Assembly (NCBI GenBank): GCA_963729625.1
Contig: CAVSOU010000008.1
Span: forward strand, 352,001-416,000
DNA: 64,000 bases
Direction of reading: 5' to 3'
DNA from: an uncultured bacterium
GTDB lineage: Bacteria; Chloroflexota; UBA5177; JANWHV01
Of the stretch, positions 51,080 to 60,851 are shown piece after piece (position 1 is the first letter of the stretch; the number at the start of each line of letters is the position of its first letter). The notes beneath the pieces were generated by a model, which was not told the DNA's origin, did no database searches, and saw only the letters and a list, made by a program, of their open reading frames with translations. Both the position numbers and the translations under genes were made by a program.

Positions 51080-52186
51080 TTAATACGGCGTTGCTGAGGG
51101 AATCACTGTCGGATATGCAAGGGAAGTGGGTGATGGAGCAAAGGTAGGCACGGCGGTCGGCGAGGCAATCACTGTCGGATATGCAAGGGAAGTGGGTGAC
51201 GGAGCAAAGGTAGGCACGGCGGTCGGCGAGGCAGTCGCGGTCGATGGGGCAGCGAGGACCGGAGTCGCGATCAATGCGGCAGTGGAGTTCGGCAACTTCA
51301 ACACCCACCGCACCCGAGCCTGCACATCCACTGTTTTCGGCGAGGTGGGCGGCAAGTCCCCGACCACAGTCGTTTGCATCCCGGCGGGCACGAGGACAGA
51401 GTACTTCCCGTTGGTGACAAGCATTAATCCCTCGATGACTGTGACCACCACGGTGCGGGAGCGCTGGGCATAGCGAATGTCGAAGCGCGTGCCCTTGGTT
51501 GCGGCCACGGCAGTACCAGCCTGCACTGTATGGCTCACTGCGCCGTGAACGACTGCCCAAAAAAGGTCGCCACCGCTCATCGAAGAATGCAGGGGGTCCC
51601 GAATCTGCACATCGCTGTTGCTGTTGAGGTCGATCAGAGTCCCATCACGCAAGCCGATAGAGGCCAGCTGGCCCTGAGCCGTGAATGCATGATAATCCTG
51701 AAACAGATCGCTGCCTACGGTTCCGCTGCGCCCCGGCGCGTTCGGCGGCAGAATAGTGATACCGTGCACGAGGGAAACGACACTGGCCGGCGGACCAGGC
51801 ACGATCGGGATACTCAATGAGGCCGGCGGGAATCCAGGGGATGCGGCCTGCACCTCCGCCTTGCCCAGCGTCGTGGCATGGACAGTCAGTGCGATGGTGC
51901 CATGCGCTGCCATGCCGCCGACCGTCGTACCGGTGCCGACGACATGTACTTGCGCCGGTACCAGCTCACCTGCTGAGCTGCGCACGGTTACAGTCAGCAC
52001 CACGTCGCGGCCGACGTTGATCTGCGCAGGTGTCACGGCAATACGCAGCGTGGCGGCGGCCTTTGCGGGCGGCGGAGTCGATGCAGCGAGAAACAGGATG
52101 ACTGCGAGAGAGAGCAGGCGGCCGACGATATGCACGATCACTCCTGTCCATGGGTGGGCGTTGGCGCAAGCATGAATGCACGTCAC
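51080..52186 (-). CDS. Exported FecR-domain protein with Pro/Thr-rich tail
   Basis: Signal peptide; LRDGTLIDLNSNS, AATKGTRF, VTVIEG; start uncertain. Confidence 0.75.
   Translation of the reverse strand: MTCIHACANAHPWTGVIVHIVGRLLSLAVILFLAASTPPPAKAAATLRIAVTPAQINVGRDVVLTVTVRSSAGELVPAQVHVVGTGTTVGGMAAHGTIALTVHATTLGKAEVQAASPGFPPASLSIPIVPGPPASVVSLVHGITILPPNAPGRSGTVGSDLFQDYHAFTAQGQLASIGLRDGTLIDLNSNSDVQIRDPLHSSMSGGDLFWAVVHGAVSHTVQAGTAVAATKGTRFDIRYAQRSRTVVVTVIEGLMLVTNGKYSVLVPAGMQTTVVGDLPPTSPKTVDVQARVRWVLKLPNSTAALIATPVLAAPSTATASPTAVPTFAPSPTSLAYPTVIASPTAVPTFAPSPTSLAYPTVIPSATPY
51101..51232. repeat. 66-bp tandem repeat, two copies (ASPTAVPTFAPSPTSLAYPTVI)
   Basis: Copies start at 51101 and 51167. Confidence 0.92.
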
Positions 52187-52465
52187 GCTACAGCAGCCTG
52201 ATCATGGCGTCAAGTGGCAGCGCCTGAAAGGAGAGCACCTATAACTCGGGGGTGTTGTCCTATCTTCGCGCGACGTCACGCGTAGCCGCTGACACAGTTG
52301 CGTGTTTGGTCACAGCGCCGAAGTCCTGTTTCCGGATTTGCCCGGGAACGGAACCAAGACGGCCGCGCGCAACCGCTTATGCTCTTGCACGGTTATCACC
52401 TGATGTCCCGGCAAGAGCCGACCAAGTCGGCGCGGCAAGCACTCGTCGAGTACAATGCGCACGGA

Positions 52466-52729
52466 TCAGCGGCGACCAGTGACCCTGGTCTGCGGCGGCA
52501 CGTGGTGGGATTGTTGACGCGCAAGTGATTCCACGGTGTCATCAGCTATGTGAATAACCGCAGCGGCGCTCTCCGCTGAGACCCTGGGGAAATCTTCGAG
52601 AAATTCCGCCAGTGGCTGCCCCGCGGCGAGATAGTCGAAGAGATTGCGCACGGGTACCCGAGTACCGGAAAAACATACTTCGCCGTCAAGACGCTCGGGG
52701 TCGCTGTCAATTATGGTTGAGATGTCCAT
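52466..52729 (-). CDS. DUF433 antitoxin-like protein (no partner toxin seen)
   Basis: DPERLDGEVCFSGTRVPV..FDYL..FLEDFP. Confidence 0.88.
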   Translation of the reverse strand: MDISTIIDSDPERLDGEVCFSGTRVPVRNLFDYLAAGQPLAEFLEDFPRVSAESAAAVIHIADDTVESLARQQSHHVPPQTRVTGRR

Positions 52730-52773
52730 CTGTCCTGTCTCTCCCTATGCCGTGCAGGGTTCTATTCCAAGAT

Positions 52774-52902
52774 ACCGCGCGGCACATCGATAGTGACACA
52801 CCAGCTTCTTGTTCGGGACTGAGATGCCAAACGCTACCAGGAGCGCGACATCCGCAACGCGCTACGCCGAATCCAAGAGGCCGGTCAAGGGACGGGCGCA
52901 AA
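52774..52902 (+). repeat. 129-bp direct repeat, copy 2
   Basis: Matches 50269-50397. Confidence 0.92.
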
Positions 52903-52939
52903 CCCACCACCTTCAACAGCGCGAGACGGGCAGGCTAGA

Positions 52940-53092
52940 CTCCACGCGATCCGTGAGCGGAAGGGCTGGGCCTCCGAGGTGCCGGCGTGCAACAGCGTGG
53001 TCACGACGTGGCCGGCGCTCGGCAGGGCGGCGGCGCAGGCGGAGGAGCGGAAGCAGGCGCCGGTGCAAGGGACGTTTGTAGGGATGGGGTAA
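52940..53092 (+). pseudogene. Remnant 1 of the DUF1156 MTase 3' end
   Basis: Colinear with 48268-48420: ERKGWASE..NSVVTTW.ALGR.AAQAEERK.APVQGT..GM.*. Confidence 0.92.
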
Positions 53093-53195
53093 GACTCGGA
53101 CGAATAGTCCGCATCATATTTCCTGATATCGGGCTTGCGGAGTCTGGGGTGTTACAATGCCGTCAAAAGCGTCGCAAGAACCGGAGGATCTCAAG

Positions 53196-54410
53196 ATGGC
53201 GCCGGCTAAGCAGATCACGCGCCTCGTGCTCGAAAACTACAAGAGCATTGCCGGATGCGACGTGCGGCTGCAGGCGCTTACGCTCCTGGTCGGACGGAAC
53301 GGCGCCGGGAAGTCCAACTTCCTCGATAGCCTCCGGTTTGTGAACGACGTGCTCTTGAGCGGATTTCAGCAGCCGATAGCCGAGCGTGGTGGAATCGAAG
53401 AGCTGATGTGCCACGCCCCGGGCATGCTGCGAACTGGGCTGAGGCGTGAGTTGGCCGTCGGACTGGAAATGCGGTTAGGCGACAAGACCGACGTGCAGTT
53501 CTCCTTCAAGTTGGTGTCTCGCTCACCGGGCAGCTACGTACTTGACCGGGAAGAGTGCACGATCGACGAGCACAGGGACGGGCATCTGCCGGTCCACTAC
53601 CGCAACGAGATGGGTAAGGTCGACACGAACGTCACCCTTGCAGCAGGCCTCCGGCTGCTTCCAGATCGGCTGTACCTACAGGGTGCGGCTGGGCTGGACC
53701 AGTTTCAGTCTGTCTACGACGCGCTGACTCACGCGCGCTCCTACCGCGTGGATCCCGCTGCTATGCGCATCCCTCGCACATTCGCTGCAAGCAATGAGCT
53801 AGCAACCGATGCTTCGAATATTGCGAGTGTTCTGTGGCAGTTACAGCAAACAGATCGCCTGCTACTGGATCGCATCGAGAGATATCTGGAAGCCATCGTG
53901 CCGGGTCTGCACAGCATCGAGATCAAACAGATAGGCTCATTTCTTATACCTCACTTCCGCACAGCGACCGACGACGGAAGAAGAACCACAGAGTTCCCGA
54001 TCGCCAGTATGTCTGACGGTACTCTCAGATCCCTGGCCCTCCTGGTCGCGCTCCTGGCCGGCGTAGAGTCCGATGCGAACCGCGGGCGCAGTCTCATCCT
54101 GCTCGAGGAGCCGGAGACCGCATTACACCCAGGCGCTACCAGAGTGCTGCTGGATGCGATGTCTGAGGCCAGCGAACACTCGCAAGTAGTAGTCACGACG
54201 CACAGCCCGGACCTTCTCGACCAGAAAGACATCCCCGGAGATTCCGTCCTCGCGGTCGAAGCCGAGGAGGGAGTCACGAGGATCGGCCCGATCGACGAGG
54301 TAGGACGTTCGGCCATGCGCGACCGGCTGTTCACAGCTGGCGAGCTCTTGCGAACCGCGGGCCTGCACCCCACTGGCGCCGAGGCGCCGAGGCAGGCGGA
54401 GCCAGCCTAG
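53196..54410 (+). CDS. AAA_21/ABC-type ATPase
   Basis: LENYKSI, GRNGAGKSN, MSDGTLR, LLEEPETALHP, TTHSP. Confidence 0.93.
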   Translation: MAPAKQITRLVLENYKSIAGCDVRLQALTLLVGRNGAGKSNFLDSLRFVNDVLLSGFQQPIAERGGIEELMCHAPGMLRTGLRRELAVGLEMRLGDKTDVQFSFKLVSRSPGSYVLDREECTIDEHRDGHLPVHYRNEMGKVDTNVTLAAGLRLLPDRLYLQGAAGLDQFQSVYDALTHARSYRVDPAAMRIPRTFAASNELATDASNIASVLWQLQQTDRLLLDRIERYLEAIVPGLHSIEIKQIGSFLIPHFRTATDDGRRTTEFPIASMSDGTLRSLALLVALLAGVESDANRGRSLILLEEPETALHPGATRVLLDAMSEASEHSQVVVTTHSPDLLDQKDIPGDSVLAVEAEEGVTRIGPIDEVGRSAMRDRLFTAGELLRTAGLHPTGAEAPRQAEPA

Positions 54411-55028
54411 ATGAGCGAATGGGCCAGGCCTGTGTGCATTGCCTGCATCGTTGAGGGCGCTGGCGAGGCAGAGGCAGTCCCGGAGCTCGTGCGCCGAATC
54501 GCGCACCATCTGGAGCCGCCGGTTACGGTGGACCCCGTCCTGTCCCAACGCATCTCCAGGAGCAGACTGGCCGGAAAGCCTCCATACCTGGAGAGGGCAA
54601 TCGAATTCGCTGCACGCAGGGCCGGGAGCGGCGGAGCAATTCTGTTGGTTCTGGATGCAGACGACGACTGTCCTAAGACTCTTGCGCCATCACTGCTCGA
54701 GCGGGCACGCGCCGTGAGAGGCGATATGCGGGTAGCGGTAGTGCTGGCCAAGTGCGAGTACGAAGCCTGGTTCCTTGCCGCCGCCTCCTCCTTGCGCGGG
54801 CAGCATGGGCTGGCAGCAGATCTGGTGCCGCCTGCTGAGCCCGAGGCCGTCAGGGACGCAAAGGGCTGGCTTACCAGACACATGCCGATCGGGGCTCCAT
54901 ACAAGGAAACGCTCCATCAGCTGCAGCTCACTCGATACTTCGATCTGGCGCTAGCGCGATCGGCCGGCTCGTTTGACAAGCTCTGGCGAGATATCCAGGT
55001 ATTGGTCGGCGCTGTAAACCAGAGCTGA
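54411..55028 (+). CDS. DUF4276 family TOPRIM-like protein
   Basis: IVEGAGE, LDADDDCP, EYEAWFLA; abuts the ATPase stop. Confidence 0.82.
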   Translation: MSEWARPVCIACIVEGAGEAEAVPELVRRIAHHLEPPVTVDPVLSQRISRSRLAGKPPYLERAIEFAARRAGSGGAILLVLDADDDCPKTLAPSLLERARAVRGDMRVAVVLAKCEYEAWFLAAASSLRGQHGLAADLVPPAEPEAVRDAKGWLTRHMPIGAPYKETLHQLQLTRYFDLALARSAGSFDKLWRDIQVLVGAVNQS

Positions 55029-55127
55029 TGTTCGACTTCCGGACCCAGCTGTCGGATGTAGAGTAGATGGCGACACCGCATTTCTTCCCGGGCCGTGCAG
55101 CGACCGTCAGCAGCAAGGGTGATTCAT

Positions 55128-55179
55128 GTGGCTACTGAAGGATGCGCTTCGCCCTCATATCGAGCGCGAGCATGTGGCG
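55128..55179 (+). pseudogene. Remnant 2 of the DUF499 ATPase 5' end
   Basis: gtggctac, internal deletion, then LKDALRPHIEREHVA; upstream agggtga is shared with 57502. Confidence 0.8.
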
Positions 55180-55282
55180 CGGTTGCCGACGAACCGGCCA
55201 GGCGGCAGTACCGTTGAGACAAGCACCGGGCTGCATGACCGTACTCAGCACAAATGTCTGCCGATCCTTGGCTTTTCGTGTA

Positions 55283-55354
55283 GGCAGGACGGCGGCGCAG
55301 GCGGAGGGGCGGAAGCGGGCGCCGGCGCAGGGCACGATGGCGGAGTTGGGATCG
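55283..55354 (+). pseudogene. Remnant 2 of the DUF1156 MTase 3' end
   Basis: GRTAAQAEGRKRAPAQGTMAELGS vs GRTAAQAEERKRAPVQGTLQGMA*. Confidence 0.85.
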
Positions 55355-55399
55355 CCGCTGCTGGAGGTCTGGCTTCTAACCGGCTTATTACACCCCAGA

Positions 55400-55445
55400 T
55401 TGACACCTTACGGTTACAAGCATAGCATGTAACCGTAAGGTGTCA
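55400..55445 (+). promoter_or_regulatory. hipBA promoter and operator
   Basis: TTGACA-17-TAGCAT; perfect 18-bp inverted repeat 55401-55418/55428-55445. Confidence 0.85.
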
Positions 55446-55456
55446 GGGGAGATCGC

Positions 55457-55738
55457 ATGAGGATCGGGTCCATACGAGACATGGCGGCGGCTATGCGAGG
55501 CCGTCGCACGGACCTCGGGCTGAGCCAGGCAGCGTTGGCTCGACGCGCGCGCGTTTCTCGCAAGTGGATCAGTGAATTTGAAGCAGGCAAACCGACTGCC
55601 GAGCTTGGCCTGGTGATTCGCGTGTTGGATGAGCTTGGCATTGTGCTCGACTTGAACAGCGGCGAAGAGGCAGCGCCGTCCGGGGCTGCGAAGCGGGTGG
55701 ATCTCGATGCTCTCCTCGATGAGCAGCGCGTCAGATGA
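55457..55738 (+). CDS. hipB: HipB-like XRE HTH antitoxin
   Basis: LGLSQAALARRARVSRKWISEFEAGK. Confidence 0.9.
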   Translation: MRIGSIRDMAAAMRGRRTDLGLSQAALARRARVSRKWISEFEAGKPTAELGLVIRVLDELGIVLDLNSGEEAAPSGAAKRVDLDALLDEQRVR

Positions 55739-57015
55739 CCGATTCGCTCATCGTGGTCCTCGACAACGCTATCGCCGGCGTACTGACCCGCCTGTCTGGA
55801 GGCAAGCTTCGCTTCGACTACCACGACGACTATCGTGGCCGACCGAGCTCTACGCCTCTCTCGATCTCCATGCCGGTCCAGGTGCGCTCCCATCCCGACC
55901 GCGTTGTCACCCCATGGCTGTGGGGTCTGCTCCCCGACAACGAAGCGGTACTCGCACGCTGGGCGCGACAATTCCAGGCCTCGGCATCGTCCCCATTCTC
56001 ATTGCTGGCCACTCCCATCGGACATGACTGTGCGGGGGCAGTACGTTTCGTCACGCCGGATGCCGTCGACCAGCTGGCGGACCGGCCCGGCGACGTCACC
56101 TGGCTCACGGAGGATGAGGTAGCACAGCGCCTGCGGGAGCTGCGAGAGGACGGCACGACCTGGTTGGGTCGCTCGTACACGGGACAATTCAGCCTGGCGG
56201 GCGCGCAGGCCAAGACCGCGCTCTTATTGCAAAATGGCCGCTGGGGAGAACCCTCCGGCCGCACTGCAACCAGTCACATTCTCAAGCCTGCCGTGGCCGG
56301 TCTCGACGACCATGACCTCAATGAGCACATCTGCCTTGATGCAGCGCATAGGGCCGGCCTTCTCGTGGTTCGGACGCATGTCGCGCGTTTCGGCGAAGAG
56401 ACGGCAATCGTCGTGGACCGTTACGACCGGCGGGGCCTCGACGGCGGCGTGATCCGCATTCATCAAGAAGACCTCTGCCAGGCACTTGGCATTCTTCCAT
56501 CGCGCAAGTATCAAAACGAAGGCGGCCCTGGGCCGATGGATATAGCGAGAGTCTTTCGTCAGGCCATGCCGTACCGCGCCGCCGTCGACGCGGTCTGGCG
56601 ATTCGTCGAGGCGCTCGCCTGGAACTGGCTGATTGCCGGCACGGATGCGCACGCAAAGAACTATTCACTGCTCTTGGCCGCCGACCAGATTCGTCTGGCT
56701 CCCCTCTATGACATCGCATCTGCTCTTCCCTATGGCATGCACGAGAAGAAGCTTCGGTTCGCGATGAAGATAGGGGGCGATTACCGCGTATTCCCGCATC
56801 GCAATACGTGGAGAGAAGCTGCACTCGAGCTCGATATCGATGCCGACGAGACAGTCGCGCGGGTCGAGACCCTTGCGGCGCGCGCACCGGATGCCTTCGC
56901 GGCCGCGGCCTCATCCCACGACATCGTCTCTCTGAAGCGTGACTTGCCTGGACGGCTGGTCGACCTCGTCGCTGCCCGTGCCGCTCGATGTGTTCAACTT
57001 CTTCGCGCGACTTGA
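55735..57015 (+). CDS. hipA: HipA family kinase toxin
   Basis: LSISMP, FSLAGAQAK, HQEDLCQALG, GTDAHAKNYS, LAPLYD. Confidence 0.95.
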   Translation: MTDSLIVVLDNAIAGVLTRLSGGKLRFDYHDDYRGRPSSTPLSISMPVQVRSHPDRVVTPWLWGLLPDNEAVLARWARQFQASASSPFSLLATPIGHDCAGAVRFVTPDAVDQLADRPGDVTWLTEDEVAQRLRELREDGTTWLGRSYTGQFSLAGAQAKTALLLQNGRWGEPSGRTATSHILKPAVAGLDDHDLNEHICLDAAHRAGLLVVRTHVARFGEETAIVVDRYDRRGLDGGVIRIHQEDLCQALGILPSRKYQNEGGPGPMDIARVFRQAMPYRAAVDAVWRFVEALAWNWLIAGTDAHAKNYSLLLAADQIRLAPLYDIASALPYGMHEKKLRFAMKIGGDYRVFPHRNTWREAALELDIDADETVARVETLAARAPDAFAAAASSHDIVSLKRDLPGRLVDLVAARAARCVQLLRAT

Positions 57016-57039
57016 ATGGTGCATCCGGCAAGTTCGCCG

Positions 57040-57330
57040 GACCTTGAAGCGCCCGTGTGTGTCGTTTCACCGCGCCGCTGCTGCCACGATATACTCGATT
57101 ACCGCGGCGCCTTTCACGCCGCGCTATCCGAATGGGGTAGCAATTCCGGTGGGCGAAGCCGGCCGGACCCGAGCCGGCGTCATCCTCTGCCACCAGGTCC
57201 GTACGATCTCGCTTGCGCGTAGAGGCAACTCACTCACCCCGATCGGTTATCTCACCGATCCGGATCTGCGGAACAAGGTGCGTGGCGCACTGGCACGGCA
57301 GCTGGGGCTCGACATCCCGTCAAGCGCTGA
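57040..57330 (+). pseudogene. MazF/PemK-like toxin remnant
   Basis: GVAIPVGEAG..GVILCHQVRTISLAR..IGYL..KVRGAL; no clean N-terminus. Confidence 0.6.
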
Positions 57331-57509
57331 CGGCGCAACGGGGCGCCGCGTCTTCGAGATCCGCAGGGTGTCTACCCGTTGCCTGTGGTTCCGGCTTGCC
57401 GGTCCGTTCGCAGGCTACCTGCCCTACTCGTTGGGTGTAGAGTATAAGGCGATAACAGAACGCTTCTCACGCCGCAGACCGGCGCCGCGCACGAAAGGCG
57501 GAGGGTGAA

Positions 57510-60500
57510 TTGGCTACATCGAACTACGAACGTGTTGGCCGAACGCTCGAGTTGCTGAAGGACGCGCTCCGCCCCTACATCGAGCGCGAGTACGAGGCGA
57601 AGTACGGGCCGAGCTGGATGGGGCAAGCCGCGCAGGTGCTGCGCAACGATCGCAGCCTGACGGTCGAGGAGGGCCAGCCGCATCTGGACGTGCAGGCGCT
57701 CCTCAACCTGATGACCTACCAGTGGAACGAGGTGTTCGCCGGTACGCTCGGCCAGGCGGAGCGCAGCCTGGCCTTCGAGCTGCGCGACATCCGCAATCGC
57801 TGGGCGCACCAGCACGCGTTCAGCAGCGACGACACCTACCGCGCGATGGATACCGCGCACCGCCTGCTCACGGCGATCTCCGCACCCGATGAAGCGCGTG
57901 AAGTGGACCGGCAACGCCAGGAGATCCTGCGCGTCCGTTTCGCCGAGCAGGAGCGCAGCGAGGTGCGCCGCGTGACCAGGCAGACCACCGAAGGCACGCC
58001 GCTAGCCGGACTGAAGCCCTGGCGCGAAGTGATCACGCCGCATCGCGACGTGGCCAGCGGCCGCTACCAGCAGGCGGAATTCGCCGCCGACCTCGGCCAG
58101 GTCTATCGCGACGAGGGATCGGACGAGTACCGGGACCCGCGTGAATTCTTCCGGCGTACCTACGTGACCGAGGGCCTGCACCACCTGCTGACCGGCGCCC
58201 TGCTACGGCTGACCGGCGCCGGCGGAGACCCGGTGATCGAGCTGCAGACGAACTTCGGCGGCGGCAAGACTCACTCCATGCTGGCGCTGTTTCACCTGTT
58301 CTCCGGCACGCCCGCCGGCGATCTGGCCGGTATCGAGGCGGTTCTGCGCGAGACCGGCGGATTTCAACCGCCAAAGGCGCGGCGAGCCGTGCTCGTGGGC
58401 ACCGCGCTCTCGCCGTCCCAGCCGCACACCACGCCGGAAGGCCTGACCGTTCGCACGCTGTGGGGCGAGCTGGCCTATCAGCTGCTCGGCGTCGAAGGCT
58501 ACGCATTGGTCGCCGCAGCCGACGCCGAGAGCGTGAGCCCCGGATCCGACGCCCTGCGCGAGCTGTTCAGCAAAGCCGCGCCCTGCCTGATCTTGATCGA
58601 CGAGTGGGTGGCCTATGTCCGCCAGCTCTATCACGTGCAACATCTGCCGGCCGGCTCTTTCGAGGCCAATCTTACGTTCGCTCAGGCGTTGACCGAAGCG
58701 GCGAAGGCGGCGCCCAAGACACTCGTGGTGGCCAGTATTCCGGCGTCAAACATCGAGATCGGCGGCGAAGGCGGGCAGGCGGCCCTCGAGCGCATCAAGA
58801 ACACTTTTGGGCGCGTGGAATCGGCGTGGCGGCCTGCGACCGCGGAGGAGGGCTTCGAGATCGTGCGCCGCCGCCTCTTCCAGCCGATCGACGATCCGGC
58901 GCGTTTCGCGGCGCGCGACGCGGTGGTGAGCGCGTTTGCCAACCTCTACCGCGACCAGGCGCAGGAGTTTCCGGTTGCGGCGCGCGAGGGCGCCTATCGC
59001 CGCCGCCTGGAAGCGGCCTACCCCATCCATCCCGAGCTGTTCGACCGCCTGTACAACGACTGGTCCGCGCTCGACAAGTTCCAGCGCACCCGCGGCGTGC
59101 TGCGCCTGATGGCGGCGGTGATCCACGAGCTATGGGAGCGGCAGGATGGCAGCCTGTTGATCATGCCGGGTAATCTGCCGATCGACGCCCAGCCGGTGCA
59201 ACGCGAGCTGACCCATTATCTGGACGACAACTGGCTGCCGGTAATCGAGAAGGATGTCGACGGGCCGCACTCGCTGCCGCTGACGATCGATCGCGAGAAC
59301 ACCAATCTCGGCCGCTACTCCGCCTGCCGCCGCGTGGCACGCACCCTGTTCATGGGCTCAGCGCCCACTCTTCGAGGCGCCAACAAGGGGCTCGACGACC
59401 GCAGCATCAAGCTCGGCTGTGCCCAGCCCGGCGAGGCGGTGCCCACGTTTGGCGACGCGCTGCGCCGGTTGACCGACGCGGCGACCTTCCTCTTCGTCGA
59501 CGGCACACGCTACTGGCTCTCTACCCAGCCGAGCGTGAACCGTCTGGCGCAGGACCGCGCGGCCCAGCAGCCGATCGACAGGGTATGGCTGGAATTGCGC
59601 ACGCGACTGAAGGCGAACAAAGACGAGCGCGGCCTCTTCGCGGCAGTGCACCCAACGCCGGCCGGCAGTCTCGACATACCGGACGAGCCGGCTGCGCGCC
59701 TGGTGATCCTCGATCCCGAGAAGGTTCACAGTTTGCGCGCCACTGATAGCGATGCGTTGAAGACCGCGGCGAACTGGCTCGACCACCACGGAAACGGCGC
59801 CCGCAACTTCCGCAACATGGTGGTCTTCCTGGCACCCGACAAGGCGCGGCGAGATGACCTCGAAGTGGCGGTTCGCCAGTACCTGGCCTGGCAGTCCATC
59901 GCTTCCGAGAGCCAGACGCTGAATCTCGATCCCTTTTCACTCGGCCAGGCCCAGACCAGGCTCAGGGAAGCGAACGGCGCCGTCGACGCGCGCATCAAGG
60001 AGACCTACTTCTGGCTGCTGGCGCCCGCACAGCCCGACCCGCTCGGCCCGGTCGAGTGGCTGGAGCTGCGGCTGCAGGGCCAGGAAGCGCTGGCCGTGCG
60101 GGCCGGGAACAAGCTGAAGAACGAGGGACTGCTGATCGTCGAGCTCGGCGGCGTGCCGCTGCGCATGGAGCTGGACAAATACCTCTGGCGTGACAGGGAT
60201 TATCTGTCGATCAAGCAGCTGTGGGACTATTTCGCTCGCTACATCTACCTGTCTCGGCTCAAGGACCAACAGGTGCTGCTTGGCGCGATCAAGCAGGGTG
60301 TCGGTACCCTGGCCGGCGATACCTTTGCCTATGCCCAGAGCTTTGACGGAGCGACCGGACGGTACCTGGGACTGGCGACCAATCAAATCGTGAGTCCTAT
60401 CCTGGATGGTTCCAGCGTGATCGTCAAGCCCGCTGCCGCACAGCGCCAGATCGACGCCGACGGGGCAGCCGAGCAGGCGAAGAAGGCGCGACAGCCGGAG

Positions 60501-60851
60501 CCTGGGGGCAGCTACGGTGTGCCCACGGAGCCACCGCAGCCTGCCAACGGCGTGCGGGAGTCCGGCGCCGCCCTGGCCGAACGTCCCGCGGCAGCGCCGG
60601 CCGAGCGCGCACGGACGCCGCGCCGCTACCACGGCAGCGTGGAGACCGGGTCGCAGCGATTGGGCGTGTTCGCCGGGAACATCGCCAACGAGATCGTGCA
60701 GCACCTCGCGTTGCTGCCAGGCGCTGAGGTGACGATCACGATCGAGATCCAAGCGACCGTGCCGGACGGCGTGCCCGACAACGTGGTGCGCACCGTGGCC
60801 GAGAACAGCCGGACGCTGCACTTCAGCTCCAGCAGCTTCGAGGAAGAGTAA
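57510..60851 (+). CDS. DUF499 AAA+ ATPase with N-terminal Swt1-like HEPN domain (HmaC-type)
   Basis: RNRWAH HEPN motif, LKPWREVITPH, QTNFGGGKTH, LIDEW, YPIHPE. Confidence 0.93.
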   Translation: MATSNYERVGRTLELLKDALRPYIEREYEAKYGPSWMGQAAQVLRNDRSLTVEEGQPHLDVQALLNLMTYQWNEVFAGTLGQAERSLAFELRDIRNRWAHQHAFSSDDTYRAMDTAHRLLTAISAPDEAREVDRQRQEILRVRFAEQERSEVRRVTRQTTEGTPLAGLKPWREVITPHRDVASGRYQQAEFAADLGQVYRDEGSDEYRDPREFFRRTYVTEGLHHLLTGALLRLTGAGGDPVIELQTNFGGGKTHSMLALFHLFSGTPAGDLAGIEAVLRETGGFQPPKARRAVLVGTALSPSQPHTTPEGLTVRTLWGELAYQLLGVEGYALVAAADAESVSPGSDALRELFSKAAPCLILIDEWVAYVRQLYHVQHLPAGSFEANLTFAQALTEAAKAAPKTLVVASIPASNIEIGGEGGQAALERIKNTFGRVESAWRPATAEEGFEIVRRRLFQPIDDPARFAARDAVVSAFANLYRDQAQEFPVAAREGAYRRRLEAAYPIHPELFDRLYNDWSALDKFQRTRGVLRLMAAVIHELWERQDGSLLIMPGNLPIDAQPVQRELTHYLDDNWLPVIEKDVDGPHSLPLTIDRENTNLGRYSACRRVARTLFMGSAPTLRGANKGLDDRSIKLGCAQPGEAVPTFGDALRRLTDAATFLFVDGTRYWLSTQPSVNRLAQDRAAQQPIDRVWLELRTRLKANKDERGLFAAVHPTPAGSLDIPDEPAARLVILDPEKVHSLRATDSDALKTAANWLDHHGNGARNFRNMVVFLAPDKARRDDLEVAVRQYLAWQSIASESQTLNLDPFSLGQAQTRLREANGAVDARIKETYFWLLAPAQPDPLGPVEWLELRLQGQEALAVRAGNKLKNEGLLIVELGGVPLRMELDKYLWRDRDYLSIKQLWDYFARYIYLSRLKDQQVLLGAIKQGVGTLAGDTFAYAQSFDGATGRYLGLATNQIVSPILDGSSVIVKPAAAQRQIDADGAAEQAKKARQPEPGGSYGVPTEPPQPANGVRESGAALAERPAAAPAERARTPRRYHGSVETGSQRLGVFAGNIANEIVQHLALLPGAEVTITIEIQATVPDGVPDNVVRTVAENSRTLHFSSSSFEEE

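Noticed and set aside
51101-51232. 66-bp repeat as a non-coding array
   Set aside because: In-frame Pro/Thr-rich linker duplication inside a CDS
50269-52902. 129-bp repeats as IS/MITE ends or attC sites
   Set aside because: Direct orientation, no terminal inverted repeats, no attC-like palindrome and no transposase between them
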